DNA of 64,000 nt from an uncultured archaeon. GTDB lineage: Archaea; Asgardarchaeota; Lokiarchaeia; Sigyniarchaeales; SOKP01. The translations under genes were made by a program, and so were the position numbers. Under the pieces are notes generated by a model, which was given only the letters and a program-made list of their open reading frames with translations, did no database searches and had not been told where the DNA came from. This document shows positions 18,987-28,843 of the stretch, piece after piece (position 1 is the stretch's first letter; each line of letters starts with the position of its first letter). The stretch lies in contig CAZDTP010000012.1 in the NCBI GenBank assembly GCA_964508365.1, forward strand, positions 9,573 to 73,572, read 5' to 3'.

Positions 18987-19235
18987 TTAATTTTCACTTT
19001 AAATCTGTTCTTAATCTTGTTCTCTAATACTTAAATTAGTTTAACTTTTATAAAAATTTTTTCACTAATAATTCTAATTCTGTTAGTTTTTTTAATAACT
19101 TAAATACGATTCTTTTAAATTAAAAAACTATGATTTAAATAACAAGTTATATTTTTATTTAGTAAAGAATACCAGAATAGTTTTTTTATGGTATTAAAAC
19201 AAGAAAAACAAAAAAAAAAACTAAAGTGAAAAAAA

Positions 19236-19460
19236 ATGGCTGATAAAACATTAAATGCAATCGGTTTAAAATGTCCCATGCCAGTTTTAAAAACGAAGAA
19301 GGAACTGAAAGGAATGACTTCAGGGCAGGTCTTAGAGCTTATTGTCGATGATAAAGGAGCTTTAAAAGACATTCCAGCCTTATTAGGGAAAACTGGGGAT
19401 GAATTACTCGAAACTAATGAATCTGATGATCAAGTAGTTTTCTTGATTAAAAAAGCATGA
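19236..19460 (+). CDS. tusA: TusA/SirA family sulfur carrier
   Basis: LNAIGLKCPMPVLKTKKEL (CPxP), GQVLELIVDD. Confidence 0.92.
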   Translation: MADKTLNAIGLKCPMPVLKTKKELKGMTSGQVLELIVDDKGALKDIPALLGKTGDELLETNESDDQVVFLIKKA

Positions 19461-19488
19461 ACTTGATAATTTATTTGAGGGACGAGCG

Positions 19489-19857
19489 ATGACGACATAT
19501 ACATTCTTTATTAGTACAGAACCTTATAAATTTGAGGTTACAGATTCGCTAATTGAACTTTGTAAGGCTATCATAAAAAAGGGAAACTCCATCAAGGGAT
19601 TATTCTTTTTTGGATCGGGTGTCTACAACTTAAAGGGAGACATTAGTGCTGGAGCAACGATACGCAATTTACCTAAAAAGTTACAAGATTTTGCTCTTGA
19701 GAACAATATTCCTGTATCGGGTTGTAGTACATGGGTAAGTTTAACTGGTCTAAAGGAAGAGGAATTTATTGAAGGTGCTACTGAAGAAGGGTTAGGTGAC
19801 TTTTCAAATTGGTCAGTAGAATCTGATAAAATAATAGTTTTTGGAACGGGGGGATAA
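19489..19857 (+). CDS. dsrE: DsrE/TusD family sulfurtransferase subunit
   Basis: ISTEPY, LFFFGSGVYN, Cys in VSGCSTW at the usual active-site position; first of an E-F-H triplet. Confidence 0.75.
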   Translation: MTTYTFFISTEPYKFEVTDSLIELCKAIIKKGNSIKGLFFFGSGVYNLKGDISAGATIRNLPKKLQDFALENNIPVSGCSTWVSLTGLKEEEFIEGATEEGLGDFSNWSVESDKIIVFGTGG

Positions 19858-19859
19858 TA

Positions 19860-20228
19860 ATGGTGGAATCAGTAGTAATTATAACAGACCAATCACCCGT
19901 AGGTAAGAATTCTGCAGCAGAAGCAATTAGGATTGGATCTGGTTTTGTGGCGTTAGGAGAATATATCAATTGTCAAGTGGTATTTATGGGTGATGCGTTA
20001 TACTTGTTGAATAAAAATGCAGTTCCTAATGCTATTGACATGGATTCTAATGATGAGGTACTTGAAATCGCAGATTTATCAGATTTAGAGTTGTACATAA
20101 TAGATACAGACTTGAAGAATGCTGGCATGACAGAAGATGATCTAATTGAATATGAGAGTTTAAAGATAATATCTATTGAGGAATTATCTGATTTAATAGA
20201 TCAAGCAGATACATGCTTTAGATTCTAA
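19860..20228 (+). CDS. dsrF: DsrF/TusC family protein
   Basis: QSPVG..SAAEAIRIG, VVFMGDALYLL. Confidence 0.75.
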   Translation: MVESVVIITDQSPVGKNSAAEAIRIGSGFVALGEYINCQVVFMGDALYLLNKNAVPNAIDMDSNDEVLEIADLSDLELYIIDTDLKNAGMTEDDLIEYESLKIISIEELSDLIDQADTCFRF

Positions 20229-20241
20229 TGGAGGGAAAAAG

Positions 20242-20571
20242 ATGGAAATAGTATACTTATTCGGATTTAGTGAAAGGACAGGGAACCATTTAGAAAGGCT
20301 ATTGCCCTTATTAAAAGTGCAAATTCAGAAAGGAGCAAATGTCGGTTTAGTCTTTATACACGATGGAGTGATTGGATTAAACACCAATGGATCAATTCCA
20401 AGCAAATTGGAAGAATTATTAAACTCTAATATTACATTAAAAGCCATGGTTCCAGATATGAAAGCACGAGGAATACCCATTGAGAGCTTGCATGATAAAA
20501 TAAAACCAATTGAATATGATGAGTTAGTAGAAATATTAGATAATACTCAAAAAATAATTTCATGGATGTAA
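20242..20571 (+). CDS. dsrH: DsrH/TusB family protein
   Basis: LVFIHDGVIG, PDMKARGI, IEYDELVEIL...KIISW. Confidence 0.8.
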   Translation: MEIVYLFGFSERTGNHLERLLPLLKVQIQKGANVGLVFIHDGVIGLNTNGSIPSKLEELLNSNITLKAMVPDMKARGIPIESLHDKIKPIEYDELVEILDNTQKIISWM

Positions 20572-20695
20572 AATAATCAAAAATTAAAAATTTTTTAATA
20601 ATTAATAAATCAAAAATAACGGTCATAGATTTGACGTCAATAATTAAGAACAACAAAAAAATTAAAAATAAAATAAAAAATAGAAGTGAAAAAAT

Positions 20696-21112
20696 ATGGG
20701 AGAAACAATAAACTATATAGTAAAGGACAAATCATTCGAAAAGTTCGCAATGATGATGCTCCTAGGTACCACAGCAGACGCTATGGAAACAAAATCCAAC
20801 TTTTTCTTCACCTTTTGGGGTTTGAACTTATTAACCAAAAAGTTTAAACCTAAAGTTGCTGGAATGCCTACACCTATGAAGGGTATGGGTGCAAAGATTT
20901 TTAGAAAAAGGATGGCAAAGTTTGGAATTGAAGATCCATGGGGTATGATTAAAGACGCTGTCGAAAATGGTAATATGAAATTATTTCCATGCCAAATGAC
21001 AATGGATTTAATGGGAATTAAGCGAGAAGATATGCTTGATTTTGTTGAAGATCCTGTAGGTGCCGCAACATTCTTAGAAATGTGTGAAGGCGGAAAAATG
21101 GTCTCACTATAA
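20696..21112 (+). CDS. DsrE2-like (DrsE_2) sulfur-relay protein
   Basis: FFFTFWGLNLL, FPCQMTMDLMGI, VGAATFL. Confidence 0.85.
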   Translation: MGETINYIVKDKSFEKFAMMMLLGTTADAMETKSNFFFTFWGLNLLTKKFKPKVAGMPTPMKGMGAKIFRKRMAKFGIEDPWGMIKDAVENGNMKLFPCQMTMDLMGIKREDMLDFVEDPVGAATFLEMCEGGKMVSL

Positions 21113-21165
21113 ATAAATTTTTAAAAATTTTTTTTTTAATTCAAATTAATGAAATAGTGGAAAAA

Positions 21166-21723
21166 ATGTCAGAAACAAAAGAAGAACACCGAGAATTTAA
21201 GACAGATGAAGATTTCGATAAAGATTATTTTAAAAATATTGAAAGAAAGTCAAATATTTGGCAATGTATTCAGTGTGGAACGTGCACGGCCAGCTGTGAG
21301 TCTGGACGTTGGACTGCACTTAAAACAAGATTAATCATTAGAAAAGTATGTTTAGGAGATCTTAGTGTTCTTAAAGACCCCGATATTTGGCTTTGTACAA
21401 CTTGTTATCAATGTTATGAACGCTGTCCTCGTGATGTAAGGCCAACTGATGTAATAATGGAATTAAGAAATTACGCTACTAAATTAGGAAATATTTCGCC
21501 ATCTCACCGAGCGGTTGTTGGCTATTTAAAGAATTTTGGACATGCCGTACCTATAAATGACGAGATTAGAAAACGAAGGGTCGAATTAGGATTAGAAGAA
21601 CTCCCTCCAACTGCGTTTAAATATAAACAAGAGGGAGATGATAAAGATTTAAAGAAATTTGAAGAACATTTGTTTGATCTTCCTCCAGTTAAGGAGGAAA
21701 AAAAGAAGGAAGAGGAGAAGTAA
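21166..21723 (+). CDS. hdrC: Heterodisulfide reductase subunit C
   Basis: CIQCGTCTASC and CTTCYQCYERCP ferredoxin motifs, GHAVP; ORF track starts at GTG 21157. Confidence 0.93.
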   Translation: MSETKEEHREFKTDEDFDKDYFKNIERKSNIWQCIQCGTCTASCESGRWTALKTRLIIRKVCLGDLSVLKDPDIWLCTTCYQCYERCPRDVRPTDVIMELRNYATKLGNISPSHRAVVGYLKNFGHAVPINDEIRKRRVELGLEELPPTAFKYKQEGDDKDLKKFEEHLFDLPPVKEEKKKEEEK

Positions 21724-21726
21724 GAA

Positions 21727-22644
21727 ATGGTAAAAGAACATACATTTTCATTTTTTCTCGGCTGTCTCATGCCAAATAGATATCCCGCAATTGAAAAAGC
21801 AACAAAGTTTGTAATGGGGAAACTTGGATACGAGCTTTTGGACATGGAACGTGCTAGTTGCTGTCCGGCTCCAGGAGTATTTCGATCATTTAATAAATTT
21901 GATTGGATGGTAGCAGGTGCTAGAAATCTCTGCATTGCTGAAAAACTCGATGCAGACATTCTTACGGTTTGTAATGGATGTTTTGGAACATTACAAGAGA
22001 TTAACAAACACTTGAAAGAAAACGAAGATCACAGAGAATTAGTAAATGAAAAATTAAAACTGCTCGGAGATTACGAGTTTAAAGGTACGATTGATGTCCG
22101 GCACATTGCTGAAGTATTAGGGTACGAAGTAGGCCCATGGGGCATAGAAGATCTAATTACACGAAAAGTAAACGCGCATGCTGCTGTACATTATGGGTGT
22201 CATTTTCTAAAACCTACAAGAATTCGAGAGATTGAAAGCTCAGAAGGACCTACCATCATCGAAGATTTTATTGAGGTATTAGGAGTAGAATCTGTTAGAT
22301 TTAAGGAGCAGTTAACTTGTTGTGGTGCTGGTGGAGGTGTAAAAGCGTATTCTGGTGATACCAGTATGACGATTTTTGGAGAAAAAATGAAAAATATTGA
22401 CGAAGTTGAGCCAGATTTTATTTTGGATATATGTCCTTTCTGTCATTTACAATTTGAGACGGGACAAGATTATCTAAATAAAAATAAGGGTTGTAATTAC
22501 GATTATCCAGTTATTCATCTTTCCCAACTCGTTGCTTATTGTATGGGTATGGACCAAGAATTTGTTGGTCTTCAATATCAAATGATGGGAAAGGATTACA
22601 TTTTTGGTGGAGAAGAAGTAAAAAAAGAAGAGGGGTCGATTTAG
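21727..22644 (+). CDS. hdrB: Heterodisulfide reductase subunit B
   Basis: FLGC, SCCPAPG, VCNGC, HYGCH, CCGAGGG, CPFCHLQF (two CCG domains). Confidence 0.95.
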   Translation: MVKEHTFSFFLGCLMPNRYPAIEKATKFVMGKLGYELLDMERASCCPAPGVFRSFNKFDWMVAGARNLCIAEKLDADILTVCNGCFGTLQEINKHLKENEDHRELVNEKLKLLGDYEFKGTIDVRHIAEVLGYEVGPWGIEDLITRKVNAHAAVHYGCHFLKPTRIREIESSEGPTIIEDFIEVLGVESVRFKEQLTCCGAGGGVKAYSGDTSMTIFGEKMKNIDEVEPDFILDICPFCHLQFETGQDYLNKNKGCNYDYPVIHLSQLVAYCMGMDQEFVGLQYQMMGKDYIFGGEEVKKEEGSI

Positions 22645-24660
22645 ATGGCCGTTAAAGAAGATAAAATGGAAAAAAGCAAAACTGAATCGGGAGACTTTGA
22701 AGAACCCAGAATTGGCGTTTTTGTATGTCATTGTGGTCATAACATTGCTGGAACTGTGGATGTCGCAAAAGTGGCAAATTACGCAAAAGAGTTACCAAAT
22801 GTTGTAAAAGCGGAGCATTATATGTTTATGTGTTCAAAACCAGGCGTTCAGATGGTCAAAGATTCGATTAGAGAATTAGGGGTTAATAGAACTGTTGTAG
22901 CAAGCTGTTCAAAAAATCAACATGGTTTGACTTTTGCGAAAGCTATTGCTGAAGAGGGTATTAATAAACACAAACACCAACAAGTAAACATAAGAGAGTA
23001 TTGTAGTTGGGTTCATAAAAAAGACGAGGAAAAAGCAACTGCAAAAGCACTTCGATTGGTCGAAGCTGGAGTAAATCGAGCTCGAAAACTTGAAGATGTA
23101 GAAACTAGACGAGTATCGACGACTAAAGCAGCTTTAGTTATTGGTGGGGGTATCGCTGGCCTTAGATCCGCTCATGATTTGGCAGAATTAGGAATACCCG
23201 TGTTTTTGGTAGAAAAAAATTCTACAATTGGAGGGCACATGACACAATTAAATAAAACATTTCCAACTTTAGAATGTCCCCAATGCTCGATTTCACCTTT
23301 AACTAATGGAGTAGCGAATCATCCTTTAATTGAACTTTATACAAACGCCCAAATTAAGAGCGTTGAGGGTTCATTAGGAAATTTTGAAGTTGAGATTGAA
23401 ATAAAGCCTCGCTATGTTAAAGATAACTGTACTTCTTGTGGCGAATGTTCTTTACACTGTCCAGTAGAAGTGCCTAGTGAATGGGACAAAGGAATGTCTA
23501 TGCGAAACGCTATTTACAAAGCATATCCGCAAGCAATTCCCGCAACATTCGTAAGGGACAAAAAATCTTGTATTGAGTGTAATACATGTATTAACATATG
23601 TCCAGTCCAAGCGATTGATTTTTCGATGGAAACTGAGACTAAAACGGTGAAAGTTGGTTCGATTGTAGTTGCTGTGGGATATGATGAATACGATCCTACG
23701 GAAATAGAACCATATCATTATGGAAAAGAGGGATATGAAGATGTTATTACTCAATTAAAATTAGAACGAATGTTATCACCAACATCTCTTACTAATTCTG
23801 AAGTGTTGCGACCATCTGACGGAAAACTACCAAAGAGTATTGTAATGATTCAATGCGTGGGTAGTAGAAACGATCAAGTTGGCAATCAGTATTGTACTGG
23901 TGTATGCTGCAAATTTGCGATAAAAAACGCTCGAATTGTAAAAGAAATGTATCCTGATACCGATGTGACGATTTGTTATATAGATATACGAACTCCAGGA
24001 TTAAATTTCGAAGAGTTATATAAATCTGCTCAAGAAGTTGGAGTCAGATTCATCCGAGGTAGACCTTCGGAAATTATTAAAGACCCTATAAATGGAGAAT
24101 TAAAAGTTATAGTAGAGGACACCTTAAGCATGACACCTTTACAATTAAAAGCTGATTTGGTTGTGTTGTCAGCAGCGATGGTGCCACCCGAAGGAATAGG
24201 ACCACTTGGTTCTAAGCTTAAAGTTTTACGTTCCAAGGAAGGTTTTTTAAAAGAATTTCATATTAAGATGAACCCTACATTGAGTAGTAAAGGAGGAATT
24301 TTCTTAGCGGGTGCGATACAAGGACCAAAAGACATTTCTGAAACCGTAGCGCACGCGGGGAGTGCTGCTGCTTTAGCTGCTGCACCTCTAGTTAAAGGTT
24401 ATATAGAAAAGGAAATGTTGGTACCAGTTATAGATTATGATTTATGCGTTAATTGTGGAATTTGTAAGACCATTTGCGCACCAGCCGCAATCGATATTGA
24501 TGATAATGGAAGACCATCAGTCAATGAGATAGCGTGTAGATCATGTGGAATGTGTATGCCAAGTTGTCCGACAATGGCGATTCAACTGATTAATTTTACA
24601 GAGGATCAAATGCATGATGAAATAATTGCCGTATCGGGCGGAGGTGCCGTGTGCGAATGA
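22645..24660 (+). CDS. hdrA: Heterodisulfide reductase subunit A (flavin-bifurcating, all-Cys form)
   Basis: RIGVFVCHCG, NIRE.CSWVH, VIGGGIAG, KTFPTLECPQC, IQCVGSR...YCTGVCC, GPKDI, C-terminal ferredoxin motifs. Confidence 0.96.
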   Translation: MAVKEDKMEKSKTESGDFEEPRIGVFVCHCGHNIAGTVDVAKVANYAKELPNVVKAEHYMFMCSKPGVQMVKDSIRELGVNRTVVASCSKNQHGLTFAKAIAEEGINKHKHQQVNIREYCSWVHKKDEEKATAKALRLVEAGVNRARKLEDVETRRVSTTKAALVIGGGIAGLRSAHDLAELGIPVFLVEKNSTIGGHMTQLNKTFPTLECPQCSISPLTNGVANHPLIELYTNAQIKSVEGSLGNFEVEIEIKPRYVKDNCTSCGECSLHCPVEVPSEWDKGMSMRNAIYKAYPQAIPATFVRDKKSCIECNTCINICPVQAIDFSMETETKTVKVGSIVVAVGYDEYDPTEIEPYHYGKEGYEDVITQLKLERMLSPTSLTNSEVLRPSDGKLPKSIVMIQCVGSRNDQVGNQYCTGVCCKFAIKNARIVKEMYPDTDVTICYIDIRTPGLNFEELYKSAQEVGVRFIRGRPSEIIKDPINGELKVIVEDTLSMTPLQLKADLVVLSAAMVPPEGIGPLGSKLKVLRSKEGFLKEFHIKMNPTLSSKGGIFLAGAIQGPKDISETVAHAGSAAALAAAPLVKGYIEKEMLVPVIDYDLCVNCGICKTICAPAAIDIDDNGRPSVNEIACRSCGMCMPSCPTMAIQLINFTEDQMHDEIIAVSGGGAVCE

Positions 24661-25109
24661 GTGATTGCGAAACTCCTGATGAATATGTTCAAGAAAGGAT
24701 TCAAAATGTTGTTGTATTCATGTGCAACGAATGTGGTCAAGGAAGCGCAAATACTGCGGGTGTCGCTCGAATGTCGTACGATGCTGCAATTAGAATAATT
24801 AGAGTTCAATGCACGGGTCAAGTCGGACCGATTCAGATTATGGAAGCGTTAAATAACGGTGCTGATGCAGTCGCTTGCGTAGGATGTTGTTTAGGCGCCT
24901 GTCATTTTTTTAATGGTAATATAATTTCGATGCACAGAATTAAATTGATGAAAAAACTCTTTAAAGAGTTAGGTTATAGCGATCAATTTGTAAACCAATA
25001 CACTTCGAGAGCTGCGGAGGGTGAAACTGCTGTTGGCGATTTCGAAGATATTATAGACCGATTAACAACTGCAATTCTAGATAAGGGGACGATAAAAGAT
25101 GGATGTTAA
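24657..25109 (+). CDS. mvhD: MvhD-type [2Fe-2S] subunit
   Basis: FMCNEC, RIIRVQCTGQV, GADAV, GC..GACHF..GN; ATG overlaps hdrA TGA. Confidence 0.9.
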   Translation: MSDCETPDEYVQERIQNVVVFMCNECGQGSANTAGVARMSYDAAIRIIRVQCTGQVGPIQIMEALNNGADAVACVGCCLGACHFFNGNIISMHRIKLMKKLFKELGYSDQFVNQYTSRAAEGETAVGDFEDIIDRLTTAILDKGTIKDGC

Positions 25110-26340
25110 AGTATTCCAATTTAACGGTTGTAATAAGTGCTTCAATGAGACTGTATTACTTAAACAAGACGCTAAATATAAAGTCGAGTTTGTCTCTGAT
25201 CCAAAGAATTGGAAAGGAGAAAAAGTTGACATATCAGTTATTACAGGGTATTTACTTCCTAACGATTTGGAGCACGTGGAACGTATAAAGAACAATTCAA
25301 ATAAAGTAATTGCTTATGGAGACTGTCCAGCTACAGGTGGAGTATTTGCTTTAGCAAATCAAAAAGGGCACGACGTTAAACCTTTAGCAACCTTAATTGA
25401 AGGTTCAAGTAGTGTATATGGATGTTTAGGCGAAATTGAAGAATTAAAATTAGCGATTGACGGAAGAGATGTTCCAATATTAAAAAATTTATGTCAAATT
25501 TGCTCCAGAAAAGCAACATGTGACTATTTAGAAAAAATTAATAGACAAATTGAATTAGAGGATTCTGAAACATGTTTTAACGACTTAGGTTTTCTCTGTA
25601 GTGGCTTTACTGCGACTGAGTGTAAAGAAAAATGTATTGATTACAATACTCCTTGTAGAGGTTGTAAACCAAGCATAGATCGTTCTGGAATTCGCATGTT
25701 AGCAATGTTCGGCACATTAGCAGGGAACATTGAAATTGCTACCGAACATTCAGTAAAGGGAGCAACTGACAAATTAGGCGACGCTGACGACGATCTAACA
25801 GACAGCTTACCTGATATCGTCGGCAATTTTTTCAGATTTACATTACCTACTTCTGGTTTGCCAAAAGGTAAAATCTCTTCCTCAGGAACTTTATTAGAAG
25901 ATGTTTTCATTGGTAGGCTGATTGAGGAGATCCCTTTGATAACCGGACTTATAGGGGGGGCTAAATCAATATCTTTTACGCTTAAATTCATAAAGGCATA
26001 CGAGGAAGCAAATCAAATAGAAGTAAGCGAACAAACGAAAAAATACCGGAACGAGCTCCTACAATTAGAAAAAGACCTACAAGATGCTATAATTAAAGAA
26101 GATGCATCGAAATACAAAGAGATTACAAATAAAATCCGATTTATTGCTGGAAATATGAACTTATCAAACGTATTTTTTGGTGGATTCAAGTCAATTATCG
26201 ATCCTAACGATGACTTTAACAATTATAAAACCCATGTTTTTGATGTGGTGGATGGAACCTATAAAAATGGTTCGATAGAATATACCATTAATCCAGATGG
26301 TATTATAAAAGAAATTAAAATTAACGAGGAATTATTATGA
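25099..26340 (+). CDS. MvhG-like Fe-S protein fused to a degenerate [NiFe]-hydrogenase large-subunit fragment
   Basis: aa 1-252: GCNKC, AYGDC.ATGG, GCL, CQIC, CF..G.LC.G....C...C...PCRGC, GNFFRFTLP; aa about 265-320 resemble the MvhA L1 region without its Cys. Confidence 0.8.
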   Translation: MDVKVFQFNGCNKCFNETVLLKQDAKYKVEFVSDPKNWKGEKVDISVITGYLLPNDLEHVERIKNNSNKVIAYGDCPATGGVFALANQKGHDVKPLATLIEGSSSVYGCLGEIEELKLAIDGRDVPILKNLCQICSRKATCDYLEKINRQIELEDSETCFNDLGFLCSGFTATECKEKCIDYNTPCRGCKPSIDRSGIRMLAMFGTLAGNIEIATEHSVKGATDKLGDADDDLTDSLPDIVGNFFRFTLPTSGLPKGKISSSGTLLEDVFIGRLIEEIPLITGLIGGAKSISFTLKFIKAYEEANQIEVSEQTKKYRNELLQLEKDLQDAIIKEDASKYKEITNKIRFIAGNMNLSNVFFGGFKSIIDPNDDFNNYKTHVFDVVDGTYKNGSIEYTINPDGIIKEIKINEELL

Positions 26341-28802
26341 GTTTTGAACTATTAAAAAGTGAGATTATTGACGCGGGTTTATGCCAAGGCTGTGGTTTAT
26401 GTTCAGGGTACTGCAAACATATTGAAATGGAGACGCTAAGACCAATTTTAAAAGATTATTGTATCCTTGAAAGAGAAGGACAGGATTGCGGTAAGTGTTA
26501 CCAAAACTGCCCTCAAGTATTGCAGAAAAAATTTAAGGAGCTACAACCCTTAGGAATTTATTCCTTAAGAAGTAAAGACTCTAAAATATTAGAAAAAGCG
26601 TCAAGTGGAGGATTTGTTACTGCAATCGCAAAGCATCTCCTCGAGGAAAAGGTTTTATCCGAAATTGTAATGGTGCAAAACATTGACGATTTACCTAAGG
26701 CAAGCAGTGTAACTAATCCTGAAGATGTAATTCAAAGGGCAGGGATCGTATATGGGCGATCTGGGGTTTTAGAAAAGTTAGTAGAAGTTTCTGGAGACAA
26801 TTTAGAACCTTTAGGCATCGTGGGAGTTCCATGTGAGATCAGAGGAGCTGCTGAAATGGGCGTAGAAATGAACCGGGAAATCCTTAAAATAGGGTTATTC
26901 TGTAATTCAAGTATCAGAACGGAAGAAACAGATAGAGGTTTAGTTTGTTCACCATGTTGTGGAGGTTGTCCTTCAGGTGTTAATGCACAAGGTTATATAT
27001 CGTTAATACGAGAACATAAATACTTAGAAGCTGTAGAATTAATCCGCAAAGACAATCCATTGCCTTCTATTTGCGGAAGAATCTGTACGCATGAATGCGA
27101 ACACGGTTGCACGTTAATCGGCTCAGATCATCCAGTGGCGATAAGAGAACTAAAAAAATTTATAACAGAGTACGAAATTAAGCAAGGGAAACAAAAAACT
27201 GTAAAGACTAAGAAAAAGCTAGGAAAGAAAGTAGCAATAATAGGTGCTGGACCAGCAGGTTTGACAGCAGGATATTATTTATCGCTTAAAGGATATTCCC
27301 CAACGATTTTTGAAAAAACCGATCATACTGGCGGAATGCTTCGATTTGGAGTGCCTCAATTCAGATTACCTAACTACGTACTAGATTACGATATAGAGAC
27401 GATAAAAAATGCTGGCGTGGAAATTATATTCAACAAACCATTAGGTCCTGACATGACTATTGAAGACCTAAAAAACGACGGATTTAAAGCCATTTTTATC
27501 GCGACGGGTCAATATAAACCAAGAACATTACACTTAGAAGGAGAGGAACTTCCGAACGTACATGTTGCTATTAATTTCCTTATCGATAGAAAATATCGCG
27601 ATTGGCAGAAACAGCAAGAGTTTAAAGGTAAAACCATAGGAATAATAGGAGGTGGAGCGGTAGCCGTTGATGTTGCACAGACAGCACTGAGGTTAGGCGC
27701 AGAAAAAATAGATCTTGTTGATGTCATGACTGAAAAGGATCTTGAACTCGTAATACGAGAGATTCCTGAAGAAGAATTAAAATTCATGGAATATCATTTT
27801 AATACTTCCGTATCAAAAATTACTGAAGGAGAAGGAGAGGAACTATTATTAAATAGTTATAAAATTCAATGGAGCAATGCAGATGATACTGGCAGAAGGT
27901 CAATTAATAAAATCGAGGGTTCTGATTTTGAGATCAATGCAGACGCTATAGTTATCGCTGTTGGTCAAGCCGTTGATTTTAATTTAATAGATATCGCAAC
28001 TGATAATAAACTCAAAAAAGAGCGAAATAAAATTGAGATCAATCCAATAACATTTGAGACTAATATTCCAGGAATATTTGCTGGTGGAGATACAATTACA
28101 AACTCAAAAGCTGTTGCAATTGCCGCAATCGCTCACGGTAAAGAAACAGCTATCTCAATAGATCGATATTTAAATGGAGAAGACCTTTCAGCGGGTCGTT
28201 ATCAACAAAACAAAATGTTTTTCGAAGGAATTTCGAAAACTCCAAAAGACTATTCATTAAAACCAGAATCATTAGAAGAAGCTACTGAAGATGTCCAATG
28301 GAATTTTGAGGAGATCGAAGCAAAATTTAGCGAAGAAATGGCGCTAGCAGAGGCTAGACGTTGTTTAAGTTGTAATCATTACTGCTCGCATTGCCAAGAT
28401 TTTCCTGCAATTTATTCAGACTTTACAGCTGGAGAGGTTGGTTCCAAACCAGGCTTCACAACCGTCGTAGTTTGGACAGAAAGAGGTAAAGAAATCATTG
28501 AAAAAGCCTTAAACCAAGGATTATTTGAAGAAGGCAGCGTTAACAAGGACGAATTGAAGAAAGCAATCACTCTAAAATCAAAACGAGAAATGGAAGTTTT
28601 AGAAAAAACTCCAAGGCAACAAGTTTTAGACTACATCACTCTTCAAGGTCCAACCACAATTAGCAACATGTCTGAAACCTTAAATTTAGAAACTAAAAAA
28701 GTACGCTACGAAGCTTTACGATTGGTTCAATTGAATCAAATTGAGATGAATATTGAACCGGGCTTCGAAGAACCAATGTTTTCACCTATATGTGAAGATT
28801 AA
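26337..28802 (+). CDS. FrhB/FdhB-like protein with inserted GltD/NfnB-type FAD/NAD(P)H oxidoreductase and C-terminal winged helix
   Basis: 2x[4Fe-4S], SSGG.VT, VGVPCEI, IGLFC | C...CP, CGRIC...CE..C, GAGPAG, GGG.VAVD, FAGGD, EARRCLSC | C.HC.DF, DFTAGEVGS, TTVVVWTERG | HTH-like tail. Confidence 0.85.
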   Translation: MSFELLKSEIIDAGLCQGCGLCSGYCKHIEMETLRPILKDYCILEREGQDCGKCYQNCPQVLQKKFKELQPLGIYSLRSKDSKILEKASSGGFVTAIAKHLLEEKVLSEIVMVQNIDDLPKASSVTNPEDVIQRAGIVYGRSGVLEKLVEVSGDNLEPLGIVGVPCEIRGAAEMGVEMNREILKIGLFCNSSIRTEETDRGLVCSPCCGGCPSGVNAQGYISLIREHKYLEAVELIRKDNPLPSICGRICTHECEHGCTLIGSDHPVAIRELKKFITEYEIKQGKQKTVKTKKKLGKKVAIIGAGPAGLTAGYYLSLKGYSPTIFEKTDHTGGMLRFGVPQFRLPNYVLDYDIETIKNAGVEIIFNKPLGPDMTIEDLKNDGFKAIFIATGQYKPRTLHLEGEELPNVHVAINFLIDRKYRDWQKQQEFKGKTIGIIGGGAVAVDVAQTALRLGAEKIDLVDVMTEKDLELVIREIPEEELKFMEYHFNTSVSKITEGEGEELLLNSYKIQWSNADDTGRRSINKIEGSDFEINADAIVIAVGQAVDFNLIDIATDNKLKKERNKIEINPITFETNIPGIFAGGDTITNSKAVAIAAIAHGKETAISIDRYLNGEDLSAGRYQQNKMFFEGISKTPKDYSLKPESLEEATEDVQWNFEEIEAKFSEEMALAEARRCLSCNHYCSHCQDFPAIYSDFTAGEVGSKPGFTTVVVWTERGKEIIEKALNQGLFEEGSVNKDELKKAITLKSKREMEVLEKTPRQQVLDYITLQGPTTISNMSETLNLETKKVRYEALRLVQLNQIEMNIEPGFEEPMFSPICED

Positions 28803-28843
28803 CTAATCAAAAAAAAATATTAAAAAATAACGAGGTAAAAATT

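Noticed and set aside
19846-19857. DsrE ending in GTGG as a ubiquitin/ThiS-like di-Gly tail
   Set aside because: DsrE is not beta-grasp, and the G-rich codons double as the ribosome-binding site of the next gene.
19489-20571. Dissimilatory sulfite reduction or reverse Dsr from dsrEFH
   Set aside because: No dsrAB, dsrC or dsrMKJOP in the window.
22645-25109. Selenocysteine forms of HdrA or MvhD
   Set aside because: Both frames are uninterrupted and have Cys at the relevant motifs; the hdrA TGA follows a complete C-terminus and overlaps the mvhD ATG.
13514-26340. Methanogenesis inferred from mtrH plus hdrABC
   Set aside because: No mcr or other mtr subunits; both families are common in non-methanogens.
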